A stretch of DNA of 64,000 nucleotides. Source: Phoronis australis. Taxonomy: Eukaryota > Animalia > Phoronida. Positions within the stretch are counted from its first letter, which is position 1, and each line of letters begins with the position of its first letter. The translations under genes were made by a program, and so were the position numbers. The notes under the pieces are model-generated. The model had not been told where the DNA came from, did not search any database, and saw nothing but the letters and a program-made list of their open reading frames with translations. The stretch is from assembly GCA_002633005.1 (NCBI GenBank), contig NMRA01000175.1, positions 528,916 to 592,915 on the forward strand. Direction: 5' to 3'. Positions 25,461 through 37,909 of the stretch are shown here, in pieces.

Positions 25461-26094
25461 CTTTTAGATATTAGGTAAATGTCAATGAAATAACAACAAT
25501 AGATTCATAAACCTGTAAACAAAAACTCCAATATATGACTTCTGAGCTATGTGATAGACAGGTCTTATAAAGACAATACCTCCCTTCACAGATATAGGAC
25601 AATATTACATAGTTACACAATCAAACACCTAAAAACACAAATCCAAAAACCTTCCCTAGCATCCTGGTTCACAAGTGTGGGATAAATTTTTTGTACATCC
25701 AACCGGAAAAATAAACAAATAGCAGTAACAGAGCACAGCATGATCTGAGTTTCGAGTTTAATACAGAAAGGGTAAGTCAGAGCCACACCAGCGCAGTGGC
25801 ACTATAAATAACAGACAATAAAGCCTGCCGAGACTTGCCATAATCAAATCCCTGTAACAGAAATAACAAAAAAGAAAACAGGGAAAAAACATCAAGGCGC
25901 TGGTATTAACAGTTTTCATTGTAGTTAATATTACCAGTAGCTGCAACAATTTTGTTGTTGTTCATCTGCATCCTATCTTTAATGGATAGGCTGGGGCTGG
26001 ACCTTTTGCGCTGAAGGGGGGGGGGGGTTCGACCGAAGCCCCCCACCGCGGCTACGGGCCTGGATTATATGTACGTTAGTGTATAAATGCAAAG

Positions 26095-26555
26095 AAAGAA
26101 ATGGCGGACTATGAATAATTTTAGCCTTATCATGCAAGTGGCGTAACAGCAACTACTTCGTTTTTGCATTGATGTTTAACAGCCCGTTGAAACACATACA
26201 TGTACAATAAACACACATCTGGCCGATTTAACCGGTGTGTTTATTCATACTGTGTGAATACAAGACAGCAACGTAAACAAGTCAGCGACAGTAGAAAAAT
26301 GCACTCTGAAAAGGCGCAACCACAACTTTCTGGGATTCACATTTCTTGAACATGAATTAAGCACCGATTTGTCTGTGCAACAGACCACATTTACACTTTC
26401 TCCATCAGAATGCCAGTTCGTTGGCGTAAAGCGCAGCCTGTTGAAAATTCGACGAGCCAATCAGAAACGCCAGTGTAAAAAATCCCCGAGGAAAATTAAA
26501 TGATACCTGCAGTGTCCTAACACCTAGCGACACGCAGGGAACCTGCGAGACAGCC
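26095..26555 (+). repeat. Inverted homolog of segments 36490-36525, 35456-35700 and 32135-32352
   Basis: For example, tttcttgaacatgaattaagcaccgatttgtctgt and agccaatcagaaacgcc(a/g)gtgtaaaaaa match the right-hand segments in reverse complement, in collinear order. Confidence 0.8.
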
Positions 26556-27026
26556 CGTGAAGCTATCAACGACACCTACCGATATGTAACTGAAATACGT
26601 ATTTTGTTGCAGGTGCGTGTCCACCATATATAAGAGATAGATTTTGTGAGCAGCTTAGCTTTTTTATTTGGTTTCACAATCACAACTACGGGAAGATACA
26701 TATTAATATATATGTGATTAGGCGTACTTTAGTTTACAGACGTTTTTCTTGTAACACAGGTAGTGACAGGCTTGGTCTAAGTCGAGAATCATTATCAAAC
26801 AAAGCCTTCTCAACACACAGTACAATCTGACATTGAAAACTATTGCACGAAGTTGCAAGAATCATCTATTACTGAAGCAAGAACAACCAGACTTGACATG
26901 CATAACTAAACAAACCTTAGACTAGCATATGATGAACCACCAACTCCATGTACTTTCAATGGATGAAATCTGTGTTTTCAAAGCCCTGACGTCAGTCGTC
27001 ATTATTCACTAGCGACACCAGCCTCC

Positions 27027-27153
27027 CGTGCAGTAACGCCAGGACCTCGCTAAAAAGCACGACTTCGCGATATTACAAGAGATATTGCCGTGTACTTTAA
27101 ATGAGAACACGTGACTTTGGCTACATTTTAGCAAGGTCCTAGCGTTACTGAAC
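27027..27153 (-). mobile_element. MITE family B copy
   Basis: Core tttaaatgagaacacgtga is shared (inverted) with 31031-31170 and 43099-43240. Internal inverted ends cagtaacgc..ggacct / aggtcc..gcgttactg. Confidence 0.7.
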
Positions 27154-27642
27154 GCACCCCTACCCAAACTGCCAGGTTTTATTTCCGCACCGGCAAGTAC
27201 GTTGTTAGCAAGCCAGCTAGCTGTAATACAGCTGTATGAAGACTATCGTCAAAATACAGCTAGGTACCACTGTGTGTATTTCTTCCGTAGACACCAAAAT
27301 TGTACACAGCCAGGGTAGTTCTGCTCGTCAACTCGCCGTGAAACCTGTATCAACATGTAGAGCTAAAGACCGGACGGGGTGCATGCAAAATCTGGGTGTC
27401 AACCGACACTCACCTTTCCCGTTACAACCGTTTAAGTGAAAAACAATGCAACAAACGTCATTTTATTTCGTCATTCTCGACCTTTTGCAACAATGAAAAG
27501 TATGTTGTCGTTTTGAAAACAGTACGCACGCGCACGCGCCATTTCCTAAATTTTTGCGACAACTTCGCAGCAGCAAAACGTATTTTGAAATTCGGTTACA
27601 ACAGTTGATTGAAAAATCGGCGAAAAAGAAATTGGCCAATAG

Positions 27643-27778
27643 CAGGGGCGGATCCAGGATTTTTAGTTATGGGGGCCAGGGCATATAGTATTAGCCAGGA
27701 CATTCGCACCCCCCAATTACCAAATGGAATCTGGGAGAGTTTTAGGGGGGCCATGGCCCCCCTCTAAATCCGCCACTG
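27643..27778. mobile_element. Short G/C-tract MITE with 5-bp TSD (AATAG)
   Basis: Termini CAGGGGCGGAT / ATCCGCCACTG. AATAG at 27638-27642 and 27779-27783. Confidence 0.85.
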
Positions 27779-28409
27779 AATAGGTAATGCAATACTTCAT
27801 GGCGCCGAAAGCCAACGCAGATCGCTCCACAACTTAAGCAGCAGAATAACGGTAGAAAGCCATTTTTTCAAACACGGTTAAATAACTCAGTTTATTCAAG
27901 GAAGTCTGTAGTTTTTATTGACACTAATTTTGTGTCTGATTTTTTCTTACCACTTTTTTACCCACATCGGCGCAAAGCTGTATATTTAGTATACAGCTTT
28001 GTACCAAGGCTAGTACGTTGTGTGCTAATCATTCATGGTCGGCTGTTGTGTTGTCATAATACACTAACCAGAAACTGAAATAGATAATTTAGGGCAGTGG
28101 CGCCTCCTCAAGGATAGTACACAAGAAAGTGTCAGAGTTGCAAATCTGTTGTCTATAATCTAAGATCAAACAGATTATACAACGCAGGAGTACACAGGAA
28201 GGTTCGCAATGATTCACAAACTATGCCTATGGTGGTTGTAAAAGGACAATATGTGTTTTTGTTTGTCTTCAGACATAACTGTCCAAAGAAGCTCACCATC
28301 TCCATCAGCAGACTGTTCTTTATAGATATAACCAGCCAGTCACTTTTGCAAGCGCCGCCCCCTTACAAAAGGTCAACAAACAAACAATAAGTTTTATCCG
28401 ACACAGCGC

Positions 28410-28650
28410 CACCTATACTGCTCGAAAAAAGTATGATTACAGCAGTATTTGTTCGAGTTGGAAGGCATAAAAGACATGAGAGCCTCCTAAGGTGGCCCTC
28501 TATGCACAAAAGGTACTTACGGCAAGGTGACTTTGATGGTTTAATCAGTGTCAGCCATAATTCCCCGAAAAGCTTGTGGCCTATGAAGGGCGTATGGGAT
28601 GGCCATTGTCCCTACTACTAAGGAGAGACGGTGGCACTGTCTATCAAGGA
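28410..28650 (+). repeat. Dispersed repeat family D (other copies ~59500-59712 and ~59900-60095)
   Basis: Shared tatttgttcgagttggaag, ccctctatgc, tgactttgatg, cataatt..ccgaaaagctt and acggtgg..actgtcta blocks. Confidence 0.8.
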
Positions 28651-28847
28651 GTTAGCCTTTGACCCCAAGAAGTCCACAATATGCCACCGGTTAAATGATA
28701 TCTTTGGATAATTGAGTCTTTGTGTGACTAAACAAATTTGATAATATAATTGGACCAAAAACATGACACGTGGATTCTGAAACTAGAAAGCCTGGGCTTT
28801 TAAGTGAGGTAAGAAACAACTGTCACAATTTTGATTTTTTGTCTTTG

Positions 28848-29093
28848 CATGCGCGCACCCAGGGGGGGGGCTCAGGGGGCTCAAATGAGCCCCCCCATTT
28901 GGCGAAGTGGGCAAAAAGGTCCACCTGTGAGAAACAAAAAGTCCGAGACAGAAGTAAGTCCGCTAAACAAGCACAAACGCGCAATTCACAGTGGTGCGTC
29001 TGTTTTTTTTTAGTCCGCAGACTATTTTGTTACCAAAAGGTCCACAACGTTAGGAATTCGAGCCCCCCATATTGAAGGCTGGGTGCGCACATG
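28848..29093 (+). mobile_element. Full-length MITE family A, just downstream of the TRIM stop codon
   Basis: TIRs CATGCGCGCACCCAG / CTGGGTGCGCACATG. Flanks ctttg / ctatg could be a 5-bp TSD with 1 mismatch. Confidence 0.85.
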
Positions 29094-29218
29094 CTATGGA
29101 ATAGTGCATTAACTCAATGGAAAGGCATCTCGTTACAAAAATGACTGAAGAAAAATGTTAAGTAATGCATTTTTCCAACAGCCACCGCCGTAACAAAGCG
29201 CCTCTCAAGTTTGTAAGG

Positions 29219-30922
29219 TTAGTCCTCCAAATACTTGAATGTTTTCACCATTCCGCTTTCTCGCTCCAGTACTGACACCAGTCCTGGGCCTGATATACAT
29301 ATACCTGAAGGAAAACTGATGTCGCCAGGAGCAGTGATCACATGTGCACGCCCATTTTTGTATAAAACCACATGATTATTGAAATGGTCAGCAACGAGAA
29401 TATACCCGTAAATATCTACACAAACACCACATGGCCCACCGCTAAGTTTCTCGGTGAATGTGCTTATGACGGTGGACTGCGTGTGGTCAATCACATACAC
29501 ACAGCCTGGATAACACTGAACAACAACCACGTGACCAGAGTTATCCATGCACACATAGTGTGGTATGAACTCGTCCAGACCAAGGGACTTGGCATCCAAC
29601 TGTTGGATGATATTACAGTCCAAGTCAGTAATAATCACCCGTTCACCATCTGTGTCCGACACAACAAGGTGGTCATTGTGACTTGTAATGTACCCCTCAC
29701 CACAATACAAAGCTGGGCAGACCTTCATCAGGTGACCCTTTGCATCATACCTGACAACACCATGAATGCCCTGGTCGGTGATGAAGATCTCACCCTTTTC
29801 ATTACATGTCACATCAGTAGGATTGAGCAGTTTGTGATGTTCCTGTTGTACCATGAATTTTATAGTGTATTTGCGATCATCAATCACTTTTACGTTGTTG
29901 TTCATCCCATCTGCTACAACAAATATTCCATCACAAACTGTCAGTCCACTGCACCCAGTGCCCATTTCCCTTTTGCGCCGGCTTTTGGCGCGGTTAACAC
30001 TAACCGCGCATGCTTTAACCAGCGGTTCTAGGGTTCCAGGTTGAGATGGTGATTGGGATGGAATTTTTGGTTGCGAGGACATTGTGATTGGTCGAGATCT
30101 TACATCGATTTCTTCAACGTAAGCTTTTTCAGCTTTCCTTTTGACCATAAGGAATATTTCATTTAGTTCCGTTACACCTTCGCGTTTCTTGACATCAATT
30201 GCATGATTAAGCCTTTTCTTATAGTCGTCATAAATTACCCACAATTCCTCAAGCATTTTGGTTACCTTTTCTTTTTTTAGTTCTTCCAGAACGCCCCTTC
30301 GTTCATTTGACAAAATCTGATTATGATCTACTGCATCTAGCCATGGCTCAAGCAAAGCCTCAATTGCCTTGACTGCTTTCTTTGCTACCTCTTCAACTCC
30401 ATTCACTCTGTGTTTACTGTGACCCTTTTTTCTGCACAACGTACATAATAGGATTTTGCATCGTTCACAGTACATGTTCAGCAACTTATTGGAATGTACA
30501 GCACAGTATATCTTGTGACCTTGTGATGCAGGCATACTAACTGCGATGTCATTCACACTGACCTCATTGTGGCTTACTGTCTCCCTCTTCTGGCCACGGC
30601 TTTCCAAACTACTTTCACCCAAGTGATGGGCACACTGTGCACACATTGAATCTGCCTCTCCTGTGGATCCCATGTGTGAACACCGCACACCGACATTCAA
30701 TGGAAAACCAGCAACACCCCTATCAGGGATGTGTACAACATGACTGCACTTTGGGCAAGGAAAACGATCGCTACTGCCTGGTTTATCAATAACAATCTGC
30801 AAACAATCCTGGCAGAATGCATGGTGACAGGGCAGCTGACGGAGCTGCCTTTTTGGCTCTAAACACAATAAACATTCCATAAGTCTTTGTATATCCTCAG
30901 CCTCCTTGGAACTTGTTGCCAT
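29219..30922 (-). CDS. TRIM-NHL protein (RING, B-box, coiled coil, NHL repeats; TRIM2/3/56/71-like), 567 aa, intronless CDS
   Basis: ATG at 30922 downstream of acceptor tgtttcag| (30944). RING CLLC..PCHHAFCQDC..CPKC. B-box CAVH..YCERC..LCTLC..H..H. Coiled coil. NHL repeats VADGMNNNVKV, PTDVTCNEKGEIFITD, PCGVCVDIYGYILVADHFNNHV. Confidence 0.92.
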   Translation of the reverse strand: MATSSKEAEDIQRLMECLLCLEPKRQLRQLPCHHAFCQDCLQIVIDKPGSSDRFPCPKCSHVVHIPDRGVAGFPLNVGVRCSHMGSTGEADSMCAQCAHHLGESSLESRGQKRETVSHNEVSVNDIAVSMPASQGHKIYCAVHSNKLLNMYCERCKILLCTLCRKKGHSKHRVNGVEEVAKKAVKAIEALLEPWLDAVDHNQILSNERRGVLEELKKEKVTKMLEELWVIYDDYKKRLNHAIDVKKREGVTELNEIFLMVKRKAEKAYVEEIDVRSRPITMSSQPKIPSQSPSQPGTLEPLVKACAVSVNRAKSRRKREMGTGCSGLTVCDGIFVVADGMNNNVKVIDDRKYTIKFMVQQEHHKLLNPTDVTCNEKGEIFITDQGIHGVVRYDAKGHLMKVCPALYCGEGYITSHNDHLVVSDTDGERVIITDLDCNIIQQLDAKSLGLDEFIPHYVCMDNSGHVVVVQCYPGCVYVIDHTQSTVISTFTEKLSGGPCGVCVDIYGYILVADHFNNHVVLYKNGRAHVITAPGDISFPSGICISGPGLVSVLERESGMVKTFKYLED

Positions 30923-31030
30923 ATTTTTAGGGTGACCAATATAACTGAAACACAATGAAGCATAAGAATATATGCGATGCTAGTTATGGAATTATTCGAT
31001 TGCAACAAAAGTTATCCTTAACTACTCTCA

Positions 31031-31170
31031 GGCAGAGTTCAATAGCTGTCTCGTGACTGGAAAAATCTAGCCAGAATCACGTGTTCTCATTTAAAATACA
31101 AGTCAATATTATGCGTAATCTCGCAAGGTCTTGCTTTTCTAGCGAGGCCCTGGCTTTATTGAACTCTACC
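31031..31170 (+). mobile_element. MITE family B, complete copy in TRIM 5'UTR intron
   Basis: TIRs GGCAGAGTTCAATA / TATTGAACTCTACC. Related copies at 27027 and 43099. Confidence 0.8.
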
Positions 31171-32977
31171 CAATGTCACTGTATGTAGCCATTATAAGCA
31201 TTCTGAAAACAATTTTACAACCCTACAAAATAACCAGGTATTTTTTTGGAAAAAAATTACAGATACAATTTTGTCAAATCAGTTAATAAGCATAAAAATA
31301 CTAGTCAATGGTATAATGGCCATTGCAAGAATTCCCCACTCTTTCACTGAATTTTCAAAACTCATTAATAAACTGATCAATCAGGCTACAGAAAATAACT
31401 TGGACAAATTCACAATAGTACAGATTATTCAAAATCCAAAATAACTGCATCATCATGACTCATGTATATTACAATCAATAGCCCACTTTTCCCTACAGAA
31501 TTTCGAACTTATCAGCTACAAGTATTAGTTGTAAGTCCAATACCAGAAATGCCCAGAAAGAATAATGGGTCATTCTGGGACAACTTGTAACAAAAAGTTG
31601 AGAAACAACAGGTTTCCAAGTTGTGCACACATTCAGGACCATAGTTCATAGTTAACATCTCACTGCTTGGTATTGGTAACAGAATTTCAAGTTCAAGCAT
31701 ACTCTTATGGGGAAGCGAGTGCGATTCCAAGTTCAAGCACAACAAGCCAACAGAACAAGAGGGGGTGTTGTGGGTATTTTGATTTGTGGTAGCCTATATC
31801 GACGTATAAATCAGGGCCTATTTACCGAGTATTAGTTATTAGTAATCTATTGAAAAACGAAAGAAGTGTCCAAAGCACAGGGGCAACCAATCGGCGACGT
31901 CAATGACGATGTGGTGAGTCATTCCTCGACTAAAAGTTTGAAATCCTATCACTCCTGTTGTCTCCTGTGAACCTAAACAACCCCGAAGCCAAACTGATCA
32001 TTCCTGGCATGTTCGTGTACCCCATAATTGCACCAAAAAGTCGAGTACCTTCGGACTCTCTGTTGGCATGAAGTCGCTCTAAAATCTCCCAAAACTAAGT
32101 CTACTCGATGCGCATGCTCCTTGTCCTGGGTTTTTGTCTCGCTGGTTCCCTGTGTGACCGCTAGGTCGGGTGGTAGTGAACTAGTCTCCTGGTTAGTAGT
32201 GAACACGCAGGTATCAAAGACGACGGTCTCTGGTATCACTGAACTTTCCTCGGGATTTTTTTTTACACCGGCGTTTCTGATTGGCTGGTCAAATTCTTGA
32301 CAGGTAGCGCTTCACGTAAACAAATTGGCATGACTGATAGAGGAAGTGTAAATATACACAAAACGTACCGAGAGTGGCGTCCACGACTTATTCCGCGTAT
32401 ACGCAGAATAAGGTCGAATGGTATATTACTTTCAGTCATGTACGCCAATCGAGGTACGTTTTGTATTTATCCCATGCGCTTCGAATCCCTAAGTTTCTTG
32501 CTTTTTTCGGAAGCTTTTTCAAAGGCCTCATCCAGACTGTTCACATGGCGGATCACATCCTATATGTATGTACTTGCACGTTAGGTTGCAAGTTTTCTCT
32601 TGAAAAAGAAACAGTTTAAAAAGTAACGATTTAGTTCTTGAAAAGAGATAGCAAAGATGAAAACAACGGCAACTGAGCAGTGATCTCGTAACATCTCCTG
32701 GAAATAGTTAAAAAACAACATCTGATATTTTAATTTCCTAGGAATCGGCGCCTGTGCAGACGATACACTATTCAGCAATTGAAAACTGAGACATAAGTGT
32801 CTTAAAATTAACAGTTTTGTTCCAGAATTTACGTTTAGGGCCTGGTTGAATGTCGAGTGTTAGTTACACTGTTGCAACTGTGTTACTTTAAACTTTATCC
32901 CACGCGCGTTGAATCTGTCGAGGGAAATACGGCCATGAAACAAAGTTTTCCGTATTCACCTCCCGCACTACTTTAAC

Positions 32978-33224
32978 AGCGACCCAGGGGGGGCTCGGGG
33001 GGCTCCAACGAGCCCCCCATTTGGCGAAGTGGGCAAAAAGGTCCGCCTCCCCCCAGAGACAAAAAGTCCGGGAAAATGGGACAAAAGTCCACTCTAAATA
33101 AGCGCAAACGTGCACTTCACAGTGGTGCTCCCTTTTTTTTAGTCCGCCCGCTCTTTTGTTAGCAAAATGTCCGCAACGTCAGAAATTCGAGCCCCCCCCA
33201 TATTGAATGCTGGGTGCGCTCATG
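32978..33224 (+). mobile_element. MITE family A copy
   Basis: Collinear with 28848-29093. 3' TIR ctgggtgcgctcatg. Confidence 0.85.
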
Positions 33225-36097
33225 GTACCTATTTTTCAGTTCCGGAAATTGTTTATAAACCGACAAGACAATCAGTTGTCAAGGGGGCCGCTCTCCGGCG
33301 AGCCATTGCATCACTGCATTCCCAAGGTTTTTAGTATGGGTATAAAAATTCCTTGACCTGACGCCACTTGATTTATACCAGTAACAAAAAAAAATTCGGC
33401 ATCCGTTCGTGTGAAACACTTGAACACAAAGTAGAAAAAATTAATAGAAACCCATGGAAATCGATGAGCAATATGCGTGCATGTAAAGTCGTGTCATTGT
33501 ATACAACCATTGACCAATGGAACTGTACTTGTTTGTGTACATGTGCGTATTCGGAATTGAAGTCAGTTTGAATAAAAGGTGGCATCAAAATTTGCACAAT
33601 GATGGAGTTATAATAACTGATATGTTAACATTAAGTATTTCAATGAAAAAAGAAGAAACCACGACACCAAAAACACCCTGTACTGGTTGTTAAGGCACGC
33701 ACATATAGTGTATAGGTACATCGGTTACCCGCGTGTGCTTATGAACACCACTGCTTGGGCGGCCGAAGCCGGAGGTCGACGTATGCATTTGCACAGACCC
33801 AATTTCCCGAAAGGTGATTGTAATTGTTTACTTCACGTTATACCAAGGAATAATTAATATGCAGACGTTTTTTCAAAAATAAAACGCATGTAAGGACTGC
33901 TGAGGTGTCACAAGGAAAATTACTTCAGTGATACACTACTTTTCTTTAATATCTAGTATTACCGGGAAGAGATAACCACTTCCTGCTATTACTTGTCCTA
34001 GTACCTAATTCATCTTAGCGTGGTGAACTGGTAATTTGTACAGTTTGAAACGACATGGTCACACAGTTCAAAATATTGTGTTATAGACTCCGCTGTAAAA
34101 CAACTTGACACGCCGCGGAACTAGAGTTTTAAAAAGGCATTCGCATTATTAATTTTTACCAATATCAATTTTTACGCTACTCAGTGTACCCCTTTTATGC
34201 GACCATGATGTGGGGAATCACTAATAACGAGCACACTTCCATATTATTGGCCATCCAGAACGAGAAGGACAAGAAAAATGTTCACACAGAAACAACACAT
34301 TGAGATACTGTAACCATTTCAAACAATAAAGATTCGATTTATTTCAAAAAATATTTCAAAATATCATCATCACGCAGTAAAATCCCACCGTGACAGTAAA
34401 AGGGAAATGTTTAGCAGGTACAAAGTTTCTGTACCGTACTGGTACCATACATGCACTCCACTTCAGCAAAAGTCAGGTTTCAACCAACTCTAAGTTAATC
34501 CCTCAATTCAGTTGAATCCGACATTTACTGGCACACAATTATGTTACTAGTATATTTATATTGACAACACCCCGCCACAAAATAAATAAAATGACAAAAC
34601 TCAATGGTCGTAAACTCTATCTGCCTTGTCCTACATACCCAGGTATTAATACACTAAATATCAGAAGATCATAAACAGGACCGTGAGAATACAAAAATGA
34701 TGGTTTTCCTCGAGTAAGCCAGTTGCAGATTTTAAAAGATCGCCAGGCTACAGAACATTTGTCCCATCTCTTGAAATCTACAGTAACAACCCATCTACCG
34801 TCTCAATATAACCTAGTTGTTGGGTGTAGCATTCTTGGGGTTTCCCTTCCTTCGATCCTGTTCTATTCTTAGTAACCTGGTTATATTAATAAATCGTCGT
34901 ATTGGGTCCAAACTGTAAAAATGCACAACTATTAATCTTGCAGTCACTTTCTGTGTTTCTTCTTTGCTAGAAAACAACAGATATCTTTATACTAGAAATC
35001 AAACTTTATTTTTTTCAGTAATTTGTTATCTTTTCTGCTATAACTAAAGACCCTTTAATTCTGTGTTCAAGTATGCAATGATTTTCTTGGATGATTTTCA
35101 AAAAATCCTAGTTTGCACTTGATGATACTAACATAAAAGCTATGAGTATTTACTTGAAATCTCGTGTTGTTACCAATATTGGTTCCTAGATACTACACAG
35201 TACACACGCATCTCCATCCCGATCAGCAAGATGGCGGACCACTCCGCTCAACGAAAACCACGTGACTTCAACTCTAGTTATATTCATCTCATTGGTTTGT
35301 GGTCTGTTATCAAATGCGGACCTAGCTAGGATACCATGACGGGGGGGGGGGGGGGGGGGGNCAATATTTCCTCATGCTTCACGCTGCTGTTTCAGTTTGC
35401 TTCCGGCAGCCAAAGGGGAGGCAGCCCCCCTGCCCCCCAAATCCGCCTATGGTTATACAGACAAATCGGTGCTTAATTCATGTTCAAGAAATCTAAGTGG
35501 ACAGACGTGCCTTTTCGGAGTGCATTTTTATACTGTCGCTGACTTTTGTTTACGTTACTGTCCTGTATTCACACAGTAGGAATAATACACCGGCTAAGTC
35601 GGTCAGTGTGCATCCGCTGTACACTCAATGTGCCAGTTCAAGCACACCGCTTTTAATAAAACCGCATTGCTGCACAAACGATACTTGCTGTCACGCCGCT
35701 AAGAACCGTTCATACATGACGGCGTTCTCTCGTTCATTGACTTTACCAGACCACAGGCACCTATAAGTAGCCCTCTATGGCCATATCGAATGTCAGTTGT
35801 GTACCTTTCTCTTTATTATGTTATATTGTAGAGGGCTACTTAACGATGCCTGTGACTGACGTATAGGGCTGTGCATGTGATAACTTCTAGTTCAATCCTT
35901 TCAGTGTTAACTGCCAAGCACAGTCTTTTGTTGGTATGACAACAGCTAGACCACGCCTTGTGAACAGTCAAGGTCAGTGCGAGTTGGTACGTTCGGAAAA
36001 AATAGATTGTCGTAACTTCGGTTTCAGTAGTGGGGCGATATTGGCGATTCTAAACATGAAAGAGCTTTGACGATCGAGGAATTCAGAAACTTCATTG

Positions 36098-36248
36098 CAT
36101 GGGGGGCGCGCAGCACTGAAAAAAGTGGGGGGCTAAAGCCCCCTCAGCCCCCCCTGTGGTGCACCGCCTATAGACTATGTGCAGTGTGGCGTTGAAAAAA
36201 GTGGGGGCTATAGTCCCCCCCAGCCCCCTCATGGTGCGCCGCCCATGT
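36098..36248. repeat. G/C-tract MITE-like fragments, tandemly duplicated
   Basis: Two copies of tgaaaaaagtggggg(g)cta..ccccc..agccccc..tggtgc.ccgcc.at. Confidence 0.6.
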
Positions 36249-37909
36249 ATTGGCTTATGTTCAAATAATGTGTAGTTATAACTTAACTTTTATTTTTAAC
36301 AGCAAAGCACATAGTCTGGCTACGATCTTATTGGAGATTAGGGTAATTATCGAACAAAAGAGAGCTGGCCCTCCAACCATAAATGCCACAATGGAATTAA
36401 TCAGTCGTCTATAAGATATTGGTCATCTTTAATTTCCAACTCCACTGTTGGGCTATATATCGTTAAGTTGAGATCAACGGGAAAACGCCGTAATTACTGG
36501 TCCGCCATTTCTTTTTTTGTTGTAAAGCCGGCATCCAATGACTGCCGAGGTTACATCAACCGGTGACAAAACGCGCGCCACGGCATACCCTCGTGTTCGG
36601 ACACTCGCATGGAACCATGAAGCGAGTTGTTTTCGTACGCTGGTATCCGCGGTAGATTATTAATCTATACTTTCCGTCTACCGTGGGTACCAGGCCTACG
36701 GGAGCTAAGTATCTCCCGTGATTGTCAAATACCTCTTTAATCCACTTTTCTTTTTTACACTATTTCACACAGTTCACCAAAATATCAAAAGCGGATGCAA
36801 TTCTTTAGTAGTTCTGAGTACTTTATTTCCAGCCGGGCTGTCGATAGACACCAGAAACTCCTTTCTTTGTGGCTCGAGGGGTCCGATTGATTAATGTCTG
36901 TAAATATTTCACCTTTGTATCCAGATTCATAGTCGGAAACTAGCACTTGTGAAAATGTTGGTTTGTTTATAACCAAAACCCGACTTTAAATAAACTATGA
37001 GGAAATGATGTTGGTTTCGCCATGCAGTTGTCCAGTTTGACGACACAGAAACCCGCGCACGTACAACTTCGGTGCTCGATTCTTGGTTTGGCAGTGACAT
37101 CTCGATCATTGGGAGGTGACGACAGCTTCAAGGAAAGAAATTTTTCTAAAGTATTTCCGATCGCTGGAGATATAAGAGCTCCGAAAACTGACTGAGGGTA
37201 ACTTAGTTATCCTGAAACTAAACAGAACTGGATTTAAGTATCGGCGCCCATTGGCCACTAGCGCTCTCGTGGAGCTAAAAAGTGACAAGTCATCGTTCCA
37301 CCACAAAATTAACCCGCGTCAGCTGGAGAATAACGGACTAATGGCATTCTTTTCGCGCCGGTAAGGTTACGTTAATTAAGAAAGATTGTGTCCATTTTTT
37401 AATGACAGTAAGTCGATCTGTGCAAGGTATTGAACGCCCCCTAGGTCGTTCCTAACATGTACAGCTTTGCGCCAAGGCTACAGCGAAAGATTTTCAGGTC
37501 TTACCCGTGATTCTGTCTTCTTCACAGACCGGCTACGGTCGCCATCAGTGTTCTCAAAATGGTTTCATGCGTATACACGAGACTTCAAAGTGACGACTTC
37601 AAGTTTTAATTCTAAACCTTAAGTTGGTTATTGCCATAGACTAAAGGAATGCTATTCGTTGCCAGTTCCTCCGAAGTTTTGTTAGACATTAGTGTTTCCG
37701 TAAAAATGGACTCGTTGAGCCACGAACACCGGTGCTCGATGTTTCATGTCCGACTTGTTTTTAAACATCAGTTCTCGCCCAAATGAAAAAATATGACCCG
37801 AAATGCTCTTGCTGTTACATGACTGACTCCCAGTGACTTAAATTAACTGCAATGTGTGAAAGGAAATAGATTTTTTTTTTGAGAAAAGAATTGTTTTTAA
37901 CTAGGGTCC

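Noticed and set aside
29372-30031. 219-aa + strand ORF
   Set aside because: Antisense shadow of the TRIM NHL-repeat coding region, with no recognisable domain.
35228-35300. YY1-like AAGATGGCGG, E-box and CCAAT cluster as the TRIM promoter
   Set aside because: atggcggac recurs in several repeats in this window, and there is no independent evidence for a TSS.
35341-35361. 20-G run
   Set aside because: Adjacent to an N and within a G-tract MITE fragment, so the length is unreliable.
36785-37306. Three tiled minus-strand ORFs suggesting a frameshifted pseudogene
   Set aside because: No homology recognisable by eye; it would need BLASTX to support.
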